From Iphione sp. A-MEVVRFRX5 (Eukaryota): 64,000 nucleotides of DNA. Below, in pieces: positions 1 to 13,576 of this stretch. A model generated the notes under the pieces. That model saw nothing but the letters and a program-made list of their open reading frames with translations. It was not told the origin of the DNA and made no database searches. The stretch spans positions 41,788,001-41,852,000 of the forward strand of contig OZ320323.1 in the NCBI GenBank assembly GCA_976226885.1. The letters run 5' to 3'. The translations under genes and the position numbers were made by a program. Within the stretch, counting starts at the first letter, position 1. Every line of letters begins with the position of its first letter.

Positions 1-95
1 TAATGATGCTATTTGTATCATATGCGGGGACAGATGATTGAGCTGTTGGAGTCACATTATGAAAACATTACCAGGATCCCTTAAAGATGAAATAT

Positions 96-570
96 GAGGG
101 ATTCTGTTTGGGACTGAAGGAAATGCCATCCGTAGGAAGAGTTGTCCAGAGTGGCCAGGCATCTGTAGACAGACTCGTGTGGTTGTAGTTTGAAAGATTG
201 AATGAGCAAATAAGCCAGGACATAAATGTAGTGGTCTCACTGTAGGTTTAAGGTAAAGCAAACAAATCAGACGTAATGTTACTAGCGTGGGTAATTTTTG
301 ATGAACTAATGGTTCATGTGCTAATGGTTCATGTGCTAATGGTTCAATAAGAGGGATTCTGTTTGGGACTGAAGGAAATGCCATCCATAGGAAGAGTTGT
401 CCAGAGTGGCCGGGCATCCGTAGACAGACTCGTGTGGTTGTGGTTTGAAAGATTGAATGAACAAAGAAGCCAGGACATAAACGTAGTGGTCTCACTGTAG
501 GTTTAAGGTAAACCAAACAAATCAGACAAGGTTACTAGCGTGGCATTTGATGAACTAATGGTTCATGTGC
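96..570. repeat. Tandem duplication, period 255 bp
   Basis: GAGGGATTCTGTTTGGGACTGAAGG at 96 and 351; copies closely similar; 15-bp CTAATGGTTCATGTG tripled at the junction. Confidence 0.9.
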
Positions 571-2320
571 AAGTTACTTTATTTTTTAAAATCATATCTT
601 TCTTCCGTTAATAACCCAATGCTAAATAAGGTGTTCTAGAGGCGAATACAGTGACCAGAGGTGCTTCAACAATTCAGAGACTAGTTCAACGTAATTTGGC
701 ATAATTTAGTTTCCATTGATTGATGTTGATCTTGATGTATTCATACTCTGCAAAGAAGGTTAAGGGGAAACAAAACTTGATCGTAATGTGTTCGATAAAA
801 TTACCAATACAAATCAGATGTAAAGTTAGCTGTATGGCTGGTTGTGTGTCAGATTTAAAATAAGATAAAAGCTTAATATGATCTGATGAAGACTGGCGAC
901 TAAGGTTAATTTACAACATGGGATCTAACCGCTGTCCATGAGCAGACCCAGCATCCCCCGTTGTGAGTTAACTTACCACGAGGGGGCAGTTCAGTCTCTA
1001 GCAATGCGTTCTCCAGAAGAAAAAGCGGGTCTGACCTCCAGGCTGTTCAACTAAACCATTGTTATCTGCCCTCTGTCGGTAACACCATATAATATTATAC
1101 ACAAATACACATACGCTGTACATGTTGAAAATAAAGTGGAAAACATGGACTTTATAGGACATGATAATAGGATTTAACAATCGGGATTTTCCACCTGTCT
1201 CACTCTAAATCAGCCCTTTCCTATTTTCTCTAAAATTATGTCACTTAAGATATGTTGACTTTGTCAATATTTCCCCACATTTGTCAACAGATCTTTAAGT
1301 CATGTAAATGTTTCTACATGTATATATTTACAGTTACAGTTTCATACTTAGGGGAGATTCCAAACTTTAGCCCAGATTTTTTAAACCAAACAATTATTAA
1401 GTTGTGATTCCATATCATATTTTAAAATTTAGGGAAAATATTATTTGTGACAAACATTTATGACACATTTACTTAGAAATGCCTGTTTATTACCAGGATC
1501 TGTTTACTATGTCAGACTCAAAGTCAAAATCCGTTTTTGTTCCCAAGGTGAGAGAGACCAAATATCATAACCCTTGGTAATTCCATATGATTTGTCTGAT
1601 GCAAATATAAGCATTTGCGTATCAATGTGCTGAATAACAAGACAACTAAATATTGGCAAGTCTGCTACAAACTACACGTCTCTGTATTGGTTTGATTCTC
1701 TGAATGGACAAATAAAAAAAGAATACGCACAACAAAATGTATTTTATTTCAAATATATTTACCAAGTGTACAATGTTTTACGAGAGCCATGGACATATTG
1801 GTAGCATGATAAAAATGGCAGTAAGTAAACTAAGACTAAGGGGTCCATTTCAATATGCTTACTGAATGTTGAGCAGAAAACAGAGAGAGCATTGGTGGTT
1901 CTGTATACTGACAACACATTATTTCAAGCACAACAAAACAATCAAGACCTTGTTTTCACTGCTTTAATAACATTATCATACATTCTCCTACTAAGTATGT
2001 CTTCCAGTGTAAAGTTTATCAGAATATATAATGCTATAAAATGAATATTCTTATCCTATTCAAATGTGGTGGTATGGTTTATAGAATATATTAGTGGCAT
2101 CATTTGGGCGGTGGAGGGAACCATAGCTCATTCTGATCATCTTGTTTTAATCTTTACAACAGAAAAACATACATTTTGAGAGGATAACCACACATCTTTT
2201 ATATCAACTTGTTAGTCTTGGTTTCTTGATATTTCCTTAAACGAGTATAGACTTATTACTGACTCTAGAGCAATGAAGACAAAATTAATTTATCAAGAAC
2301 AAGTACCTTTGTTCCCTGTA

Positions 2321-2480
2321 CAGGCCCATAGCCAAGGGGGTATCGGGGGTATCGTCCGATACCCCCAACAGATATTCATTACTATAGGCCTATATAGGAA
2401 TAAAAAAAAATTAGTTCCACCTCTGTTGTATTGGGGGTATCGTTCGATACCCCCCAGAAATCTTCCTGGCTACGGGCCTG
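2321..2480. mobile_element. MITE with CAGGCCCRTAGCCA ends
   Basis: TIRs, internal GGGGGTATC/GATACCCCC palindromes, CCTGTA on both flanks; same ends as 46859-47873. Confidence 0.7.
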
Positions 2481-3745
2481 CCTGTACTGTTAGCTGCCAT
2501 CATTACTTTGCATCATGGGAGTATATTTATTTATCTTTTAATTTCCCTTTGATGGGACAAGTTCATATGAAACCTTTGGCTCGAAGGAAGAGAATGAGCT
2601 ATTGCATGACTTTCTATGTTCCTTAACAGTGAAGATGTGGCAGTTCTAAGCTTCGAATTGACAGCATCTGCCATTTTGTTCGTTTACAAATTGGTGCACT
2701 GATACACCTCTTGCCAACTATCATGGGATTTCCGCCATTACACTGGCTGGGGCTAATTTTTTGCTCTGTATTACTTAAGTAGTGTAAAATACGTGCTGCT
2801 CTGAAATTACCGTGAATATGGTCTGCTGATAGTGCTGTGTGGTCGACTACCTTCAAGAAGTAAAGAAATAAAATCACATCAAAACAAAAGTCCTACCATG
2901 GCCATACCATAAGAGATTCGGGGTTTGTATGGCCCGCCAACGGAAAGTATATGGATCAAACTAAATATCATTCGAGAATTCTCAATAAAAAAAACCTTTC
3001 CGCATTGGACTTAGCCTAACACGATCCTCCGAAACCTAAGCCAAGCTTTAAGCTCTTGTTTGGATGCACTGTCTTTTTATGCACTGTGTTGGATGCATTG
3101 TCTTTTGCATCTGGTTGCATCTGCGACCGCCAAATTAACTAAACGAGACTCCCCGCTGTCATCCCCCCCATCTCCCCCTGCCCTCCAGAATCGAGCAAAT
3201 TCATTATCTAAGTCGGCAGATTCAATGGATCAACAATCATCAACCAACACACATCCCTACATTGTAGGCTTAACCCTATTGGTGGTACCTTCTTCTAAAC
3301 GCACTCGCATACACGCCACCTGGCGGATCTGTATCCTAACCAACCTTGATACATTCTATCCGAGAATATTTTCCTTCAGAACTTTCTAAAACATTCCTGG
3401 AGTCATTGCAAATAAATACCAGACCGTCTACGAATGTGAACTAGGATATAAACTAAAGAGATTTACAACTTTCAGAAATTAAATTGTGCGAAGCATTTCA
3501 TCAAATACGGTACATTTTCAACGTGGTCTGGACAATCTTCCCTCAGTACCTCTTTCCAAAGCCGAACGAACGAAATGAATGTGTTATATTCTTAATAACG
3601 TGTCTCTGAAATCTTAATGTGAACAAAAGCGAACCACAGAACTGTTAATGGCGTTGTTTGTTGCATAACTCAGTGACAAAGGTTTCCACGGATCAGTTTT
3701 CTGACGTACTTCCTGTTCCTTCCAAAACTGTCGTCACCATCCAGG

Positions 3746-3828
3746 TTACTTGCGTCCGTAGCCGATATTCGCGAAGTACTGCTTCAGTCGGCTCCAATCC
3801 GTGCGCTTCACAGTTCTAGCTTTGATGA
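3746..3828 (-). CDS. Neuropeptide precursor, last coding exon (mature peptide)
   Basis: Acceptor CCCAATAG, phase 1; (V)IKARTVKRTDWSRLKQYFANIGYGRK then TAA. Confidence 0.8.
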
Positions 3829-6800
3829 CTATTGGGTAAAACATTAAAAAAAATATTTTAAAGACATAACATGTGATCAGTTTGGAATTAATGCACTAAT
3901 GGGAGACTTGGGCTTCGTACAGCCATCTGTTTTTCAGTAACCTGGCCGTCCTTATTTTTATTTTTTTCTTTGGTGAATATCTACAGAAAGAATATAAGCT
4001 ACAGGCTCATACAATAGCCTGCACCACTGTTCCTTAGGGGCCCAGCTTACATACCATATTGATTTCTTTAAAGATCCAAACAGAAGACGTTGTAGTTATA
4101 TATATGTATATGCCAAACGCTAAATAATGTATCTGTGATCTATTACATCATATGACAGAATGATCCTTGTTCACTTCAAAGACAAACATCAGTTACATTT
4201 TAGAGGCAGATGATGAACAGGCACAAACAGACAGGGGGTTTTGCCTTTAGTCCGAGAGTCAGTGGGCATGTGCGGTTCTGACTACAGCCTATGCATTGTA
4301 TTGGTCGTTGTTTTAAATGCCTTCACATTAGCTGAGCTTTTGTTACAGGTAGACGGAGACCTGGGAAGTGCGGCCTTGGTGCAATGATCGCGGGTGCTGT
4401 CATGATGAGAATTATACAATAGAACCCCTCTATTAAGGACACCCTCTATGAAGGACACCCACATAATGCACAGGCTGCAAACAGAACCAAATCTACTTAA
4501 TCCTGCTAGGAAGGACATCCCTCTTTATGTACAGTTTTTGGTCAGTCCCTTTGCTGTCCATAGTAGAGGGGTTCCACTATACAGTGGACTCTCACGTAAA
4601 GACCAGTTTCCAGGGGATCGCAGGGGGAAACAACGGACCCATCGATTAACGAAAATTCAAACCAGGTGGCGCCAGTGAATATGACCTATTTACACTAGAC
4701 CTCGGCAAGGGTTTAAAGTCTCTACCAAATCCTATGTAAAATGTATCACTTTGACCTGCTGCATCTCTCTTATTCCTGTACAGAAATCTCTCAAAATTTG
4801 CATGAATAATCTTTAATACCTTATCTATATGTATACCAAGCCGTTTTCTCCTACCTTTTACAGATTTTTTAAAAAATAGCAGAAGAATCATCACCCTGTA
4901 TCTTCTAGTCTCTCAGCTAAGCCATGTGCTCAATGTTTGCGGAGGTAGGAGTGTCACTGCTCATGCGCAGAGTGCTAGTTGCCATGGCAATAGGCCACAC
5001 CCCTTCCGAAAGGGTGAAACATGCCTTGTTGTAACTAAAAAGTCGACGGGTCCACTATATCATAGTCCTAACAGTATAGTTCCTATATAAAAATACTTCA
5101 GGGGAGACCAGATCGCAGGGGAGACCATATTCCTTCAGTCCCAGAAGTGGTCTACTAAGTGGGAGTTGATTGTATTTATATTAAGATGCTGGATGTTTCT
5201 AAGCTCCCACCGCTGCTAAGGTGCAATATACTTTGGGAATTATATGATAATTACAAGCACTGTAACCCGTGAACGAGACCTTGCTTACCTTCCCGATCAT
5301 CTGTCCTTGGCTGACATTTTACCAACTGCTGGACCAGGTAGGTGCAGCGCCCCGCACGGATATCCTTGAAGACAGTCTCTGCGAACTCACGCCATTTTGC
5401 TGTTTTTGATTCGTCGTTATGGGATTTCTGTCAGAAAGGTACACTCTCGTTAGAAATATCGATTTTTGCCTGCTTGTAACAGGTATACTTCCATTGGCAA
5501 TGTGTGAATAATGTGGCGAATGAAGGAAGGAAAACAATACAGTACTTACTGGCGAGGGTTGAATCACTTCCACTTACACAAACACATATACATTTATATG
5601 TATGATAAGGCCACCAAAAAATAGGTGTGTTTCTGGTCATGACCATCCAAAAACCTATGCAGGGAGGGGCTTTTTTTAAAATTTCTTTTTCACTTTCTTC
5701 CTCTGGATTTCAATAATAATAAAGACAATAAGAAGAATTTTGACCAATCTGTATCACTTTTACAGTTTTTTGGTGAATTTCCATGGCTGTTGTTGTTTCT
5801 CTACTAAATTAACTAAAACATGTGCCACAAAAACATGTATCTAAGGAAAGCCAGCTTTGGAAACTCTTTGGGGCCAAAAATCTTTTAGGTAGGGTGAGGT
5901 TTTACTAGGTAGGGGTGGGTTACCAGAAACACACCTATTATTTTTTTGGACTAACTAGAGCAAACAATGAGAGATCCGTGTATAGTTTAACTAAACTGCC
6001 AAGGGCACCAGTTGATCAATTGTCATAATGCATAAGTAAAACTGGTATTCATATATGGAAATTGACCTATGCGTCGACTAAAGACACAGGCAATACTGAA
6101 CGTAAACAAAAAAGACGAAGTCGTTAAGAGACCGTACGTAGAAACCGTGCTAACGTAGCCACACTAGTACCGTGTTGTACACCTTGTGCATTGACTCGGC
6201 TTCAGCAATACACAGCGGATCGGTTGATAAGACTGCCTGTCAGCCCTTTATTTTCTTTTCATTCACAGATTATTGATCTGGCTGTCAGTGGAGGCTTTAG
6301 ATTGCATGTCGGTGTATGTAGTATTTTTTTCACTTCTGAGCCGATCTTTGTAAGAACATGCGCACACCTGCGGCTTACATGCTGCCACGCCCCATAGAGG
6401 TCGCTCCATCTAACCATGTTCATAAGTAACCTTCCGGACTAGTAAACAATTATCTGTGTTTCCGGTGCCCAGGCCGACCCTCATTTTGGTGCCAATGGAA
6501 CTTTAATTCTTGTTTTGTGAACATCTCCAGAATGAATAAAACTATAGACATGTACTATACACCATTTTTTCCTCGTGGTCGGAGCTGTCATATGATACCA
6601 CTTTCAATAAAATCTAAGTTGTAGAAGCGATATTACCATGTACATTTGTAGTTTTCACTGTCAGTTAACACTGCCAAAAAAAAAGACAAATAAAAGCAAA
6701 TATCACCTACCAAATGACCCGATCCTTTTTTAACACGTTACCGGAAACACAGATAAATTTTCTCGGCCTAATTCCTCTGAGTATAACGCTATGGGGGGAA

Positions 6801-9800
6801 GTTTTGGGGTCAGTGGTTGATAAAGGGACCAAAGCAAAACTCATTTCAGATCACGCACCTACAATGGATAGGTGTCATTCTATTTTTATAGTATTTCGTC
6901 CGGAGAGTGTGTTCATATTTAAGGCGGGGACATGTTTTGTCTATAAACGAAAGTAACTTTCCTCCTCATATAACACGACTCTCTCCTACTCTCCGTCTCA
7001 TTCCTTGTCTGTCTCTGTGTCTCTCTCCCACACACATACATCTTATAGTATCAAAACCTATAGAAAATTAGACTGTAGGAATGTATTCATGTACAGTGTA
7101 TTTATTCTTATGATATAACGACTGTAAACATGAACATGTATGTGTGATAATAACTAGGGATAAATGTTAAAGCACTTTCTACCCAAACCTACAATACACA
7201 TACACCTGCATGACTTAGGACAACCAAGACAGGGGGCATGTATAGACTGGGCATATTTTTGGCAGTAATTCATCATAGATGGGCTATACATGGCCCCATA
7301 AAGCACTGAGGATACTCCTTCAGGAACACTTAGATACACAAGCACTTCCCCTATCAGTGAACAATTTCTACGAGGTTTCTATTTGGATGTCTAATAAAGC
7401 AGGCTAATGAACATATATGTTGGTGTGGACAATACTTTTTTTACGTCTATTCAAATACAATCTTTTTGCCTACGAGGAAATTCAACCGAATTTGCTAATT
7501 AAATAGCAGAGTATGGTATAAGGACATGTGTTGTGTCAAAGATACGTCCATATGCACACAGGGACTAGAGGTAAATGTATCAGCTAGCTTGATAGCTTGG
7601 TGATACTGATTTTATGCTAATTTTATAAGCAATGAAATTATTTCTCCATGAAATTGAGAAGTATCATTCAATGAAATTATCTCTCAGTCTTCTTTCAGAC
7701 CAACTGCAGAATTTACTCTAAATACATACTCTGTACCTAAAAGTGCTCTAAGGTCACGACATGCGGGTGCAAGTGTAGTGCAAGATGAAGTACGTCAGAA
7801 GGGAGTGGAGGCAGCCATGTTTTGCGCTAAACCTCATCTGGGGATTATATTAAGACACTCTCTGATCGGTTCCCCAAGAGAGCTCTCCTCCAGTGTGTGT
7901 GGAAGGCTCCTCTAGGGTCCAGGAGTGAAACGGAACTCGGCTCTAGAACCAGTCCTTTGTCTAGGCTCCCATTGTGGCTCACTGACTGAAAAATGAGGAT
8001 ACCCTGGGGGTGGCAATTACCAAAGAAGGTCAAATAGGAGGGAGGGAGGGGAGCGGGGGGGGAGGTTATTCTGAGACTCTGGGGAGGAGGACGGAGCCTG
8101 TTAACGAACGGAAAAAGCTTTCTACAGGACTCTATCAATCTGAGACATCTGCTTCATGTGGACCCCCCCCCCCCTAGAACCTGTGCTTCCTCTTTTGTCA
8201 TATACCGGGGGCTGTGCTTTTCATCTAATATATACTGCTCCATTCCATCACACATAATGGCTGTACTTTCTCATCTAACATATACTGAAGCCTGTACTCT
8301 ATCTCCCCTCCCACAAGAATGCTTAGTTTTCTCAGGGAAGGTAAAGGTCCTGCAACAAGAAAAAATTGATATTCTGTCCACAAGATTCTCACAGATTGTT
8401 GCATCTGAAGGTTGCAATTTAGCATTTATATAGTGTTGTGTGAAGGTCTCTTTCTGACCTAACCAAATTACAACATTGTAGACACGTTATATTGTAACAT
8501 TACCTTTGATTTAACATTTATACAACATTAGTGAAGGTCATTTTCTGACCTAACCAAACTACAATGTTGCATAAAAGTCAGATGTGCATGGGTGTGCTCT
8601 CTTATAAAGTGCTATGAGAGAGTGTCTGCTTATGCACAAAACATACCAAAACCTTTAATTGGGTAACATAATGCCAGATATAAATAATATCATGATACAA
8701 ATAACCATATTTGTCACAGTTATATATTGCACAGTTACCTATGTTGCAGGAAGCAGTCCTGGATTCCCAGGTCCTGGATCCTGATCCAGATAAGCTACTG
8801 CCACAGTGTCTATCATTTCATTTCATTTCATTGTATCTTTAACCAGGAATATGTTCACCTATCATCAGGACAGGGCTCTTCCATATCCTCCTGGGGTAGC
8901 ATACTACCATCTATTGTTGAGAATTGAGAGACCAGAATACCCAGGGTTGCCCCCTATTCTTATTTCAAATAGGTTTCTGGCCTCTTTTTGTGCATAGGGG
9001 ACAGAATCTTATACACCCACGGCCTTTTCATGAGTTGTGGACCACTCTGGGTTGGGGCTACAGTAAATCTGTCTGGTCTTGATCAAGTGTCCCAAGCCCA
9101 GGATGAACCTGCGACCTATCAATCGGTGGTCCAGTGCTCTACCACTGAGCTAACTCCCCACCCATATCACGTTATGTGTTTAATATAAATCCCCCCACAA
9201 ATGACTGTAAAGCTGTAATTAGACACAATAGTTCCATAGTAATGCAGCTTCTTTTTCTAATGATGAGTTTGCCAGCCCAATAATGCTTGTCAACAAGAGT
9301 GCAAGTCATTTATTGCTGGGTCTCGCCATCATTAGCACTCACAGACCAGCCATAATGCGAAAGCCAAATGTTAGGTCAAGTCCGTAACTGGACTTTTAGT
9401 TAGGGGTTTTGGATTTTTTTTGAGCAGCACTCTTAGGTACAGCTGAAACCAATATGGGATACCAACCTTGAGGCTGGAGGATTTTGGTCTATTCCCAGTG
9501 TTGGTCTCCCCTGTGAGGTGATTACTAATGTTAATAGGTAGTTTGGGACTGGACAATTTTGGTCTCTTCCCTGGTTTGGTCTTCCCTGCAAGTTGGCCTT
9601 TAAGAGGGTGCTTACTCTATATGAAATTGATCATTTCAAAGGTTATTCTGATATGTTGTAATTATCAGTTCTGTATTACTCTTAGCTGGGTCAGTAAATT
9701 ATGAACATACTAAAGTTTTTTGACAAATTTCAGGTTGTGATCTCTCAAGTGGATCTCAACTAGAGTCTGTCTGGACGAACCGCCAAACCCTCTAGTTATG

Positions 9801-10443
9801 ATCCTTACTTATGTTTTTTTTCTTTTAACCTGTCTTTACAATGAAACACATTTAATAAATATTTCCTGTTTTGGGTGCAAGGTGTTTAAAGATACAACTT
9901 TACCAACTAACAAGTCAGATTATTTGACGTATATCATGAGTGAATAACAGAGTTCGTTTTACTGAGTACAGCTAGATAAGGCACTAAGGCAATGTTAAAA
10001 ATTATTGCTTATATATGGATAACCACCACATAAATATATACATGAAAATGTATACTTCATGAATAAATAATGGTCTTCGTCAAGCAATGTACCCCATCCG
10101 GAATCTACCTTCACCAAAGCGGACAAAAACGTATCTGTCAGGTTAAAATGCACCTGTTAAAAAATGTGACTAGATAAAATGACCTGTAAACATACTTTGC
10201 ACCAAAGACACGCGATATCTCTTAACCTAACCTGGCGTAAAATGTCTTGGTTTGGAAACATATCCTTCAATATATGGCGTTTCCACAGATGTACGACTTG
10301 TTTTACCAGATGAAAGGATGCCTGTCAGTAATTGCCATTTCATCGGGCATACTTATACATATCGCAAAACTTGTTTTTTCTTCTGACGAGATGTCTTTCC
10401 CGATCGGCTCACGGGATCAAAGGTGATATGTATATATCTGTGT

Positions 10444-10476
<33 letters not shown>

Positions 10477-10957
10477 GCAGGGAGGAAGTGGTGAGGTAGG
10501 TGGTTGGAAAGACGACAGAGCCTTTGTATTTCCCCTCAAGGCCTTTACGGCACGCTGAAAAAAATCAACGAGGCTGCACGCATTGAACACAAATGCAATA
10601 GTTATATTTTTAAGCAGGTAAAAGGTAAAGTAGCCAAACAATACATTAACATTTCCAATTATCATTTACGTGTCACGGGTGCGATATAGAAAATTTCTAT
10701 GCATAGAGTCAACTTTTTGGTTTTTGTTATGATGAAAAGCTATCGTTACATTTCTATTTTATCCATGTCCTTCTTGAGGTCTACATTGAAAAAAGATATA
10801 TCAAGGCTACGCGCAGCGATCGATTCTTCTTATCATTGAATTAAAAATGTCAAAAGGATATACATGTACCACCTACTTTTTCAATCGCGCATCTTGAGTT
10901 CACCACCAGAAGAAACAAAAGGGCGATGCTAATTGTAATCCTCCAACCATTCGCCAT
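3746..10957 (-). CDS. Spliced gene, complement(join(3746..3828,5289..5427,10877..10957)): 100-aa secreted prepropeptide, probable amidated neuropeptide precursor
   Basis: Three exons with GT-AG boundaries and matching phases (0, then 1) give MANGWRITISIALLFLLVVNSRCAIEK|KSHNDESKTAKWREFAETVFKDIRAGRCTYLVQQLVKCQPRTDDRE|VIKARTVKRTDWSRLKQYFANIGYGRK*. It has a signal-peptide-like N-terminus, a KR site and a terminal G-R-K. Family not recognised. Confidence 0.8.
4417..4579. mobile_element. Tc1/mariner-type MITE
   Basis: CAATAGAACCCCTCTA versus TAGAGGGGTTCCACTA, flanked by TA. Confidence 0.65.
4635..5053. mobile_element. Non-autonomous TIR element (GGACCCRTCGA ends), long form
   Basis: GGACCCATCGATT versus AGTCGACGGGTCC; shares subterminal CCAGGTGGC and CTAGTTGC(C/T)ATGG with 37168-37287. 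Confidence 0.6.
5289..5427 (-). CDS. Neuropeptide precursor, coding exon 2 (propeptide with Cys pair)
   Basis: Acceptor CTTTCTGACAG, donor G|GTAAGC; 139 nt, open in the frame set by exon 1. Confidence 0.8.
5608..5952. mobile_element. MITE, about 340 bp (GGCC-A-tract-TAGGTGTGTTTCTGGT ends)
   Basis: TIRs at both ends; alignable inverted copy at 34747-35089. Confidence 0.7.
10441..10476. repeat. (TG)n microsatellite
   Basis: Read directly from the sequence. Confidence 0.95.
10877..10957 (-). CDS. Neuropeptide precursor, coding exon 1 (signal peptide)
   Basis: ATG at 10957; MANGWRITISIALLFLLVVNSRCAIEK; donor GTAGGT (phase 0); acceptor TTCCTAG 21 nt upstream of the ATG. Confidence 0.75.
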
Positions 10958-12031
10958 GCTGCCGGCTGCTAGTTTGTCCTAGGAACACGTATCATGCATT
11001 AACCACGATCTGTAAGCGCCCGTGCATAACCTAAAATATGATTAGGCGCCAGTCCTCTTACGCAAACCACCACTGTCGCCACCTGCCGTGTTTTCCGGGA
11101 AACAATAGAGGTCAATGGATCGATATGAAGGCAGAGGGTGCTGGCCTCAACAGGATTGTCTGTCTCAGGAATATATAGTTATGCAACAACAGCAGCATTC
11201 ATACAGGAAGTGTTCATTATAGACATAATTTTGTACTTTTTACAGATCCATAATCACATCACTCGAGCACACGATTAACCAATAAACAAATATGTGCGCT
11301 GAAATGTAAGTGCCTTTAAGTAAGGTGGAGCTAGAGAAATGGCCTTGTGGTAAAATGTTAGCCTTGAATGTGGCCTCATTATTATCTTTATACCTTTATT
11401 TATGCCGGTGTAGTTATATTGATACATTTGTAAAAAAAAAAAACACACATACTGGTATAACAACCACTTTAAATGGTCAGAAAATCAATTTCATACTTAG
11501 CTTTTACTTTATTAAATGATAAAGTGGAAAATACAAACGAAAGAATAGATGATTATGGAATGTCAACAGATGAGGCTATTGTTGCATTTTACCAGAATCA
11601 TTGTAGTATTTATATTAAGTTCAAGGAAGTGCATTGTATTGGCCGAAAAGAAACAAATGTCTTTGTTTCTGGTAACAAGTTGAAAACTGATCGGTTCAGT
11701 ATGTTGGTGGTTTTCATTTTATTATTCAACAGACAACCCTGGAACTATCACTTCTACTGCTGCAATATTAATAAAACGAGTATTGTACGAAAGCTTATGA
11801 TCTCAGGAACAATATTATGTATGCTATGAATACATTTATTCCTGAGGTATTTACAAAAGTGTAATTTCAAAAGTTCCCACATATCAAATATAGGATCGGT
11901 CGGGTTATAATTATACGTCGTATTTTGTTTTTGCGGCACTCCTAGCAGAGACATTCCGATTAAGAGGTTCACACACACACTCCCACACACAACGCATACA
12001 TTCAGAAATGCGCCCACACACACTCACTCAC

Positions 12032-12272
12032 CTACGTACACAAATGCATATACACACAGAAGAGCTCTTTTCGTCTACAACGTACGATGCACACAAGCTC
12101 CTTTCCAAAGTGTTGTAAAAGTGCATATTCGTACAACAGACTGTATATCAATTAGAATCTCTAATTTCCTCATCTATTAAATGCCGAAAATTGAAGTGAG
12201 TCCAGCCCAGTTCCCCAAAGATTACCTCTTGTGTGTCTTTGGCGGTGCCATTCCACCCTTCCTGTTTATTTA
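12032..12272 (-). promoter_or_regulatory. Candidate non-coding first exon and TATA-like element of the neuropeptide gene
   Basis: Strong donor TAG|GTGAGT at 12031; TAAATAAA at 12265-12272 on the minus strand; the acceptor upstream of the ATG exon implies an upstream exon. Inference only. Confidence 0.35.
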
Positions 12273-13576
12273 AGGACTGCAGTTAAATAAAGTATTCTAC
12301 AAACCAAGTACATGTATACTTATTATGTTTACTCTGGTCTCACCGATCTAACCTTTCTAATGGCCTATACCTGCTAGAGGTCTAAACGTCTAGAAGGCCC
12401 ATGACTTGCCAAAGATTAAAAAAACTCAATCTGTGAGCCACGCAAGCGTTAGAGGGGCATCATATGTTGTCATATTTTAATGTAACGTTCCTTAGCCGCC
12501 ATCCATGGTTCCTGTCTGAATTTGACCATTTTATAGAGGCGAACGTTGGGGAAAGACTTAACTTCTATGAGCACACGTGTGCCTCCTGGCGGAAAAAAGA
12601 CCGAACCACTGATAGAGTTACGTGAAATTCTGCTGAACCACTATTTTAGTCTGTAAACAGCACGAGTGAAAATAGATGTGGACGTGGCAAACACATACGA
12701 AGTAGGTGCTACCGTGTCAAGTGTGTGTCTTCAAGGCTGAAGTCAGTTGGGATAGAACCCACTTGTCAGGGAGAGGAGTAGCTGTAAACAAAAGTTGTTG
12801 TGGTAACTATTCCTTGTCCAAAAGAAAGTCTGAGTGAAAATACATTAGGTGCATGCAAACAGTCGCTCGTATGGTAAATATGAGATTAAATCATTGAATA
12901 AAAGTAATGTACATATCATTAGCTGGTCATATACATAATTATATTACTTGATCTATAACAATCAAAGTGCTCTGGAGAAGGAGTCCATTTGGGCAGCATT
13001 TCTACTTCGGTTGCATTTCTCCGTTGGTATAGTCCTCTGTAGAGTCACTGGGACACGCAGTAATTCTACCAGTGCCTTGTGAAGGAGGGTCTGTCTCATG
13101 TGATCCATCATATCCGTCAGATGTCCGTCAGCCAAGACAGGGGCTGTATGGCATCCTCTTCCACAGCCTCCTCCTCCTCCTCATTCTTCTCTTTCTCCTG
13201 CTATTGTTCCCACTCGTCATCATCATGCAGATCAGGGGACAGGGGGGTCATTGTGTTCTCCTCATTGATGCCATTCTATTGATGATCTTAATCTTCTTCA
13301 ATCGTGACCTCAGACCGCTAGAAGCCTGTCTATGTTTTAGAATGATGTCTCCGGGATTGGATGGTCTCTCCTCCAGGACTAGGTCACTCAGGCCACTTAG
13401 CTTCCCTGACTGACAAGCTTTTCGAAATCCTTCACCCCCTATTCAAATAGGACCGTTCTTATGCAAGCCTAGGACTCCAAATTAGCACTACCTCAGCGAA
13501 AGTTTGTCCACTGGATGGGATTCAACTCTTTCGGTCCCTACTGAAATAATTTTGAACTAGGCCGGTGGTCAACCTA

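Noticed and set aside
52-516. 154-aa ORF with an internal repeat
   Set aside because: Explained by the 255-bp tandem duplication; no domain recognised
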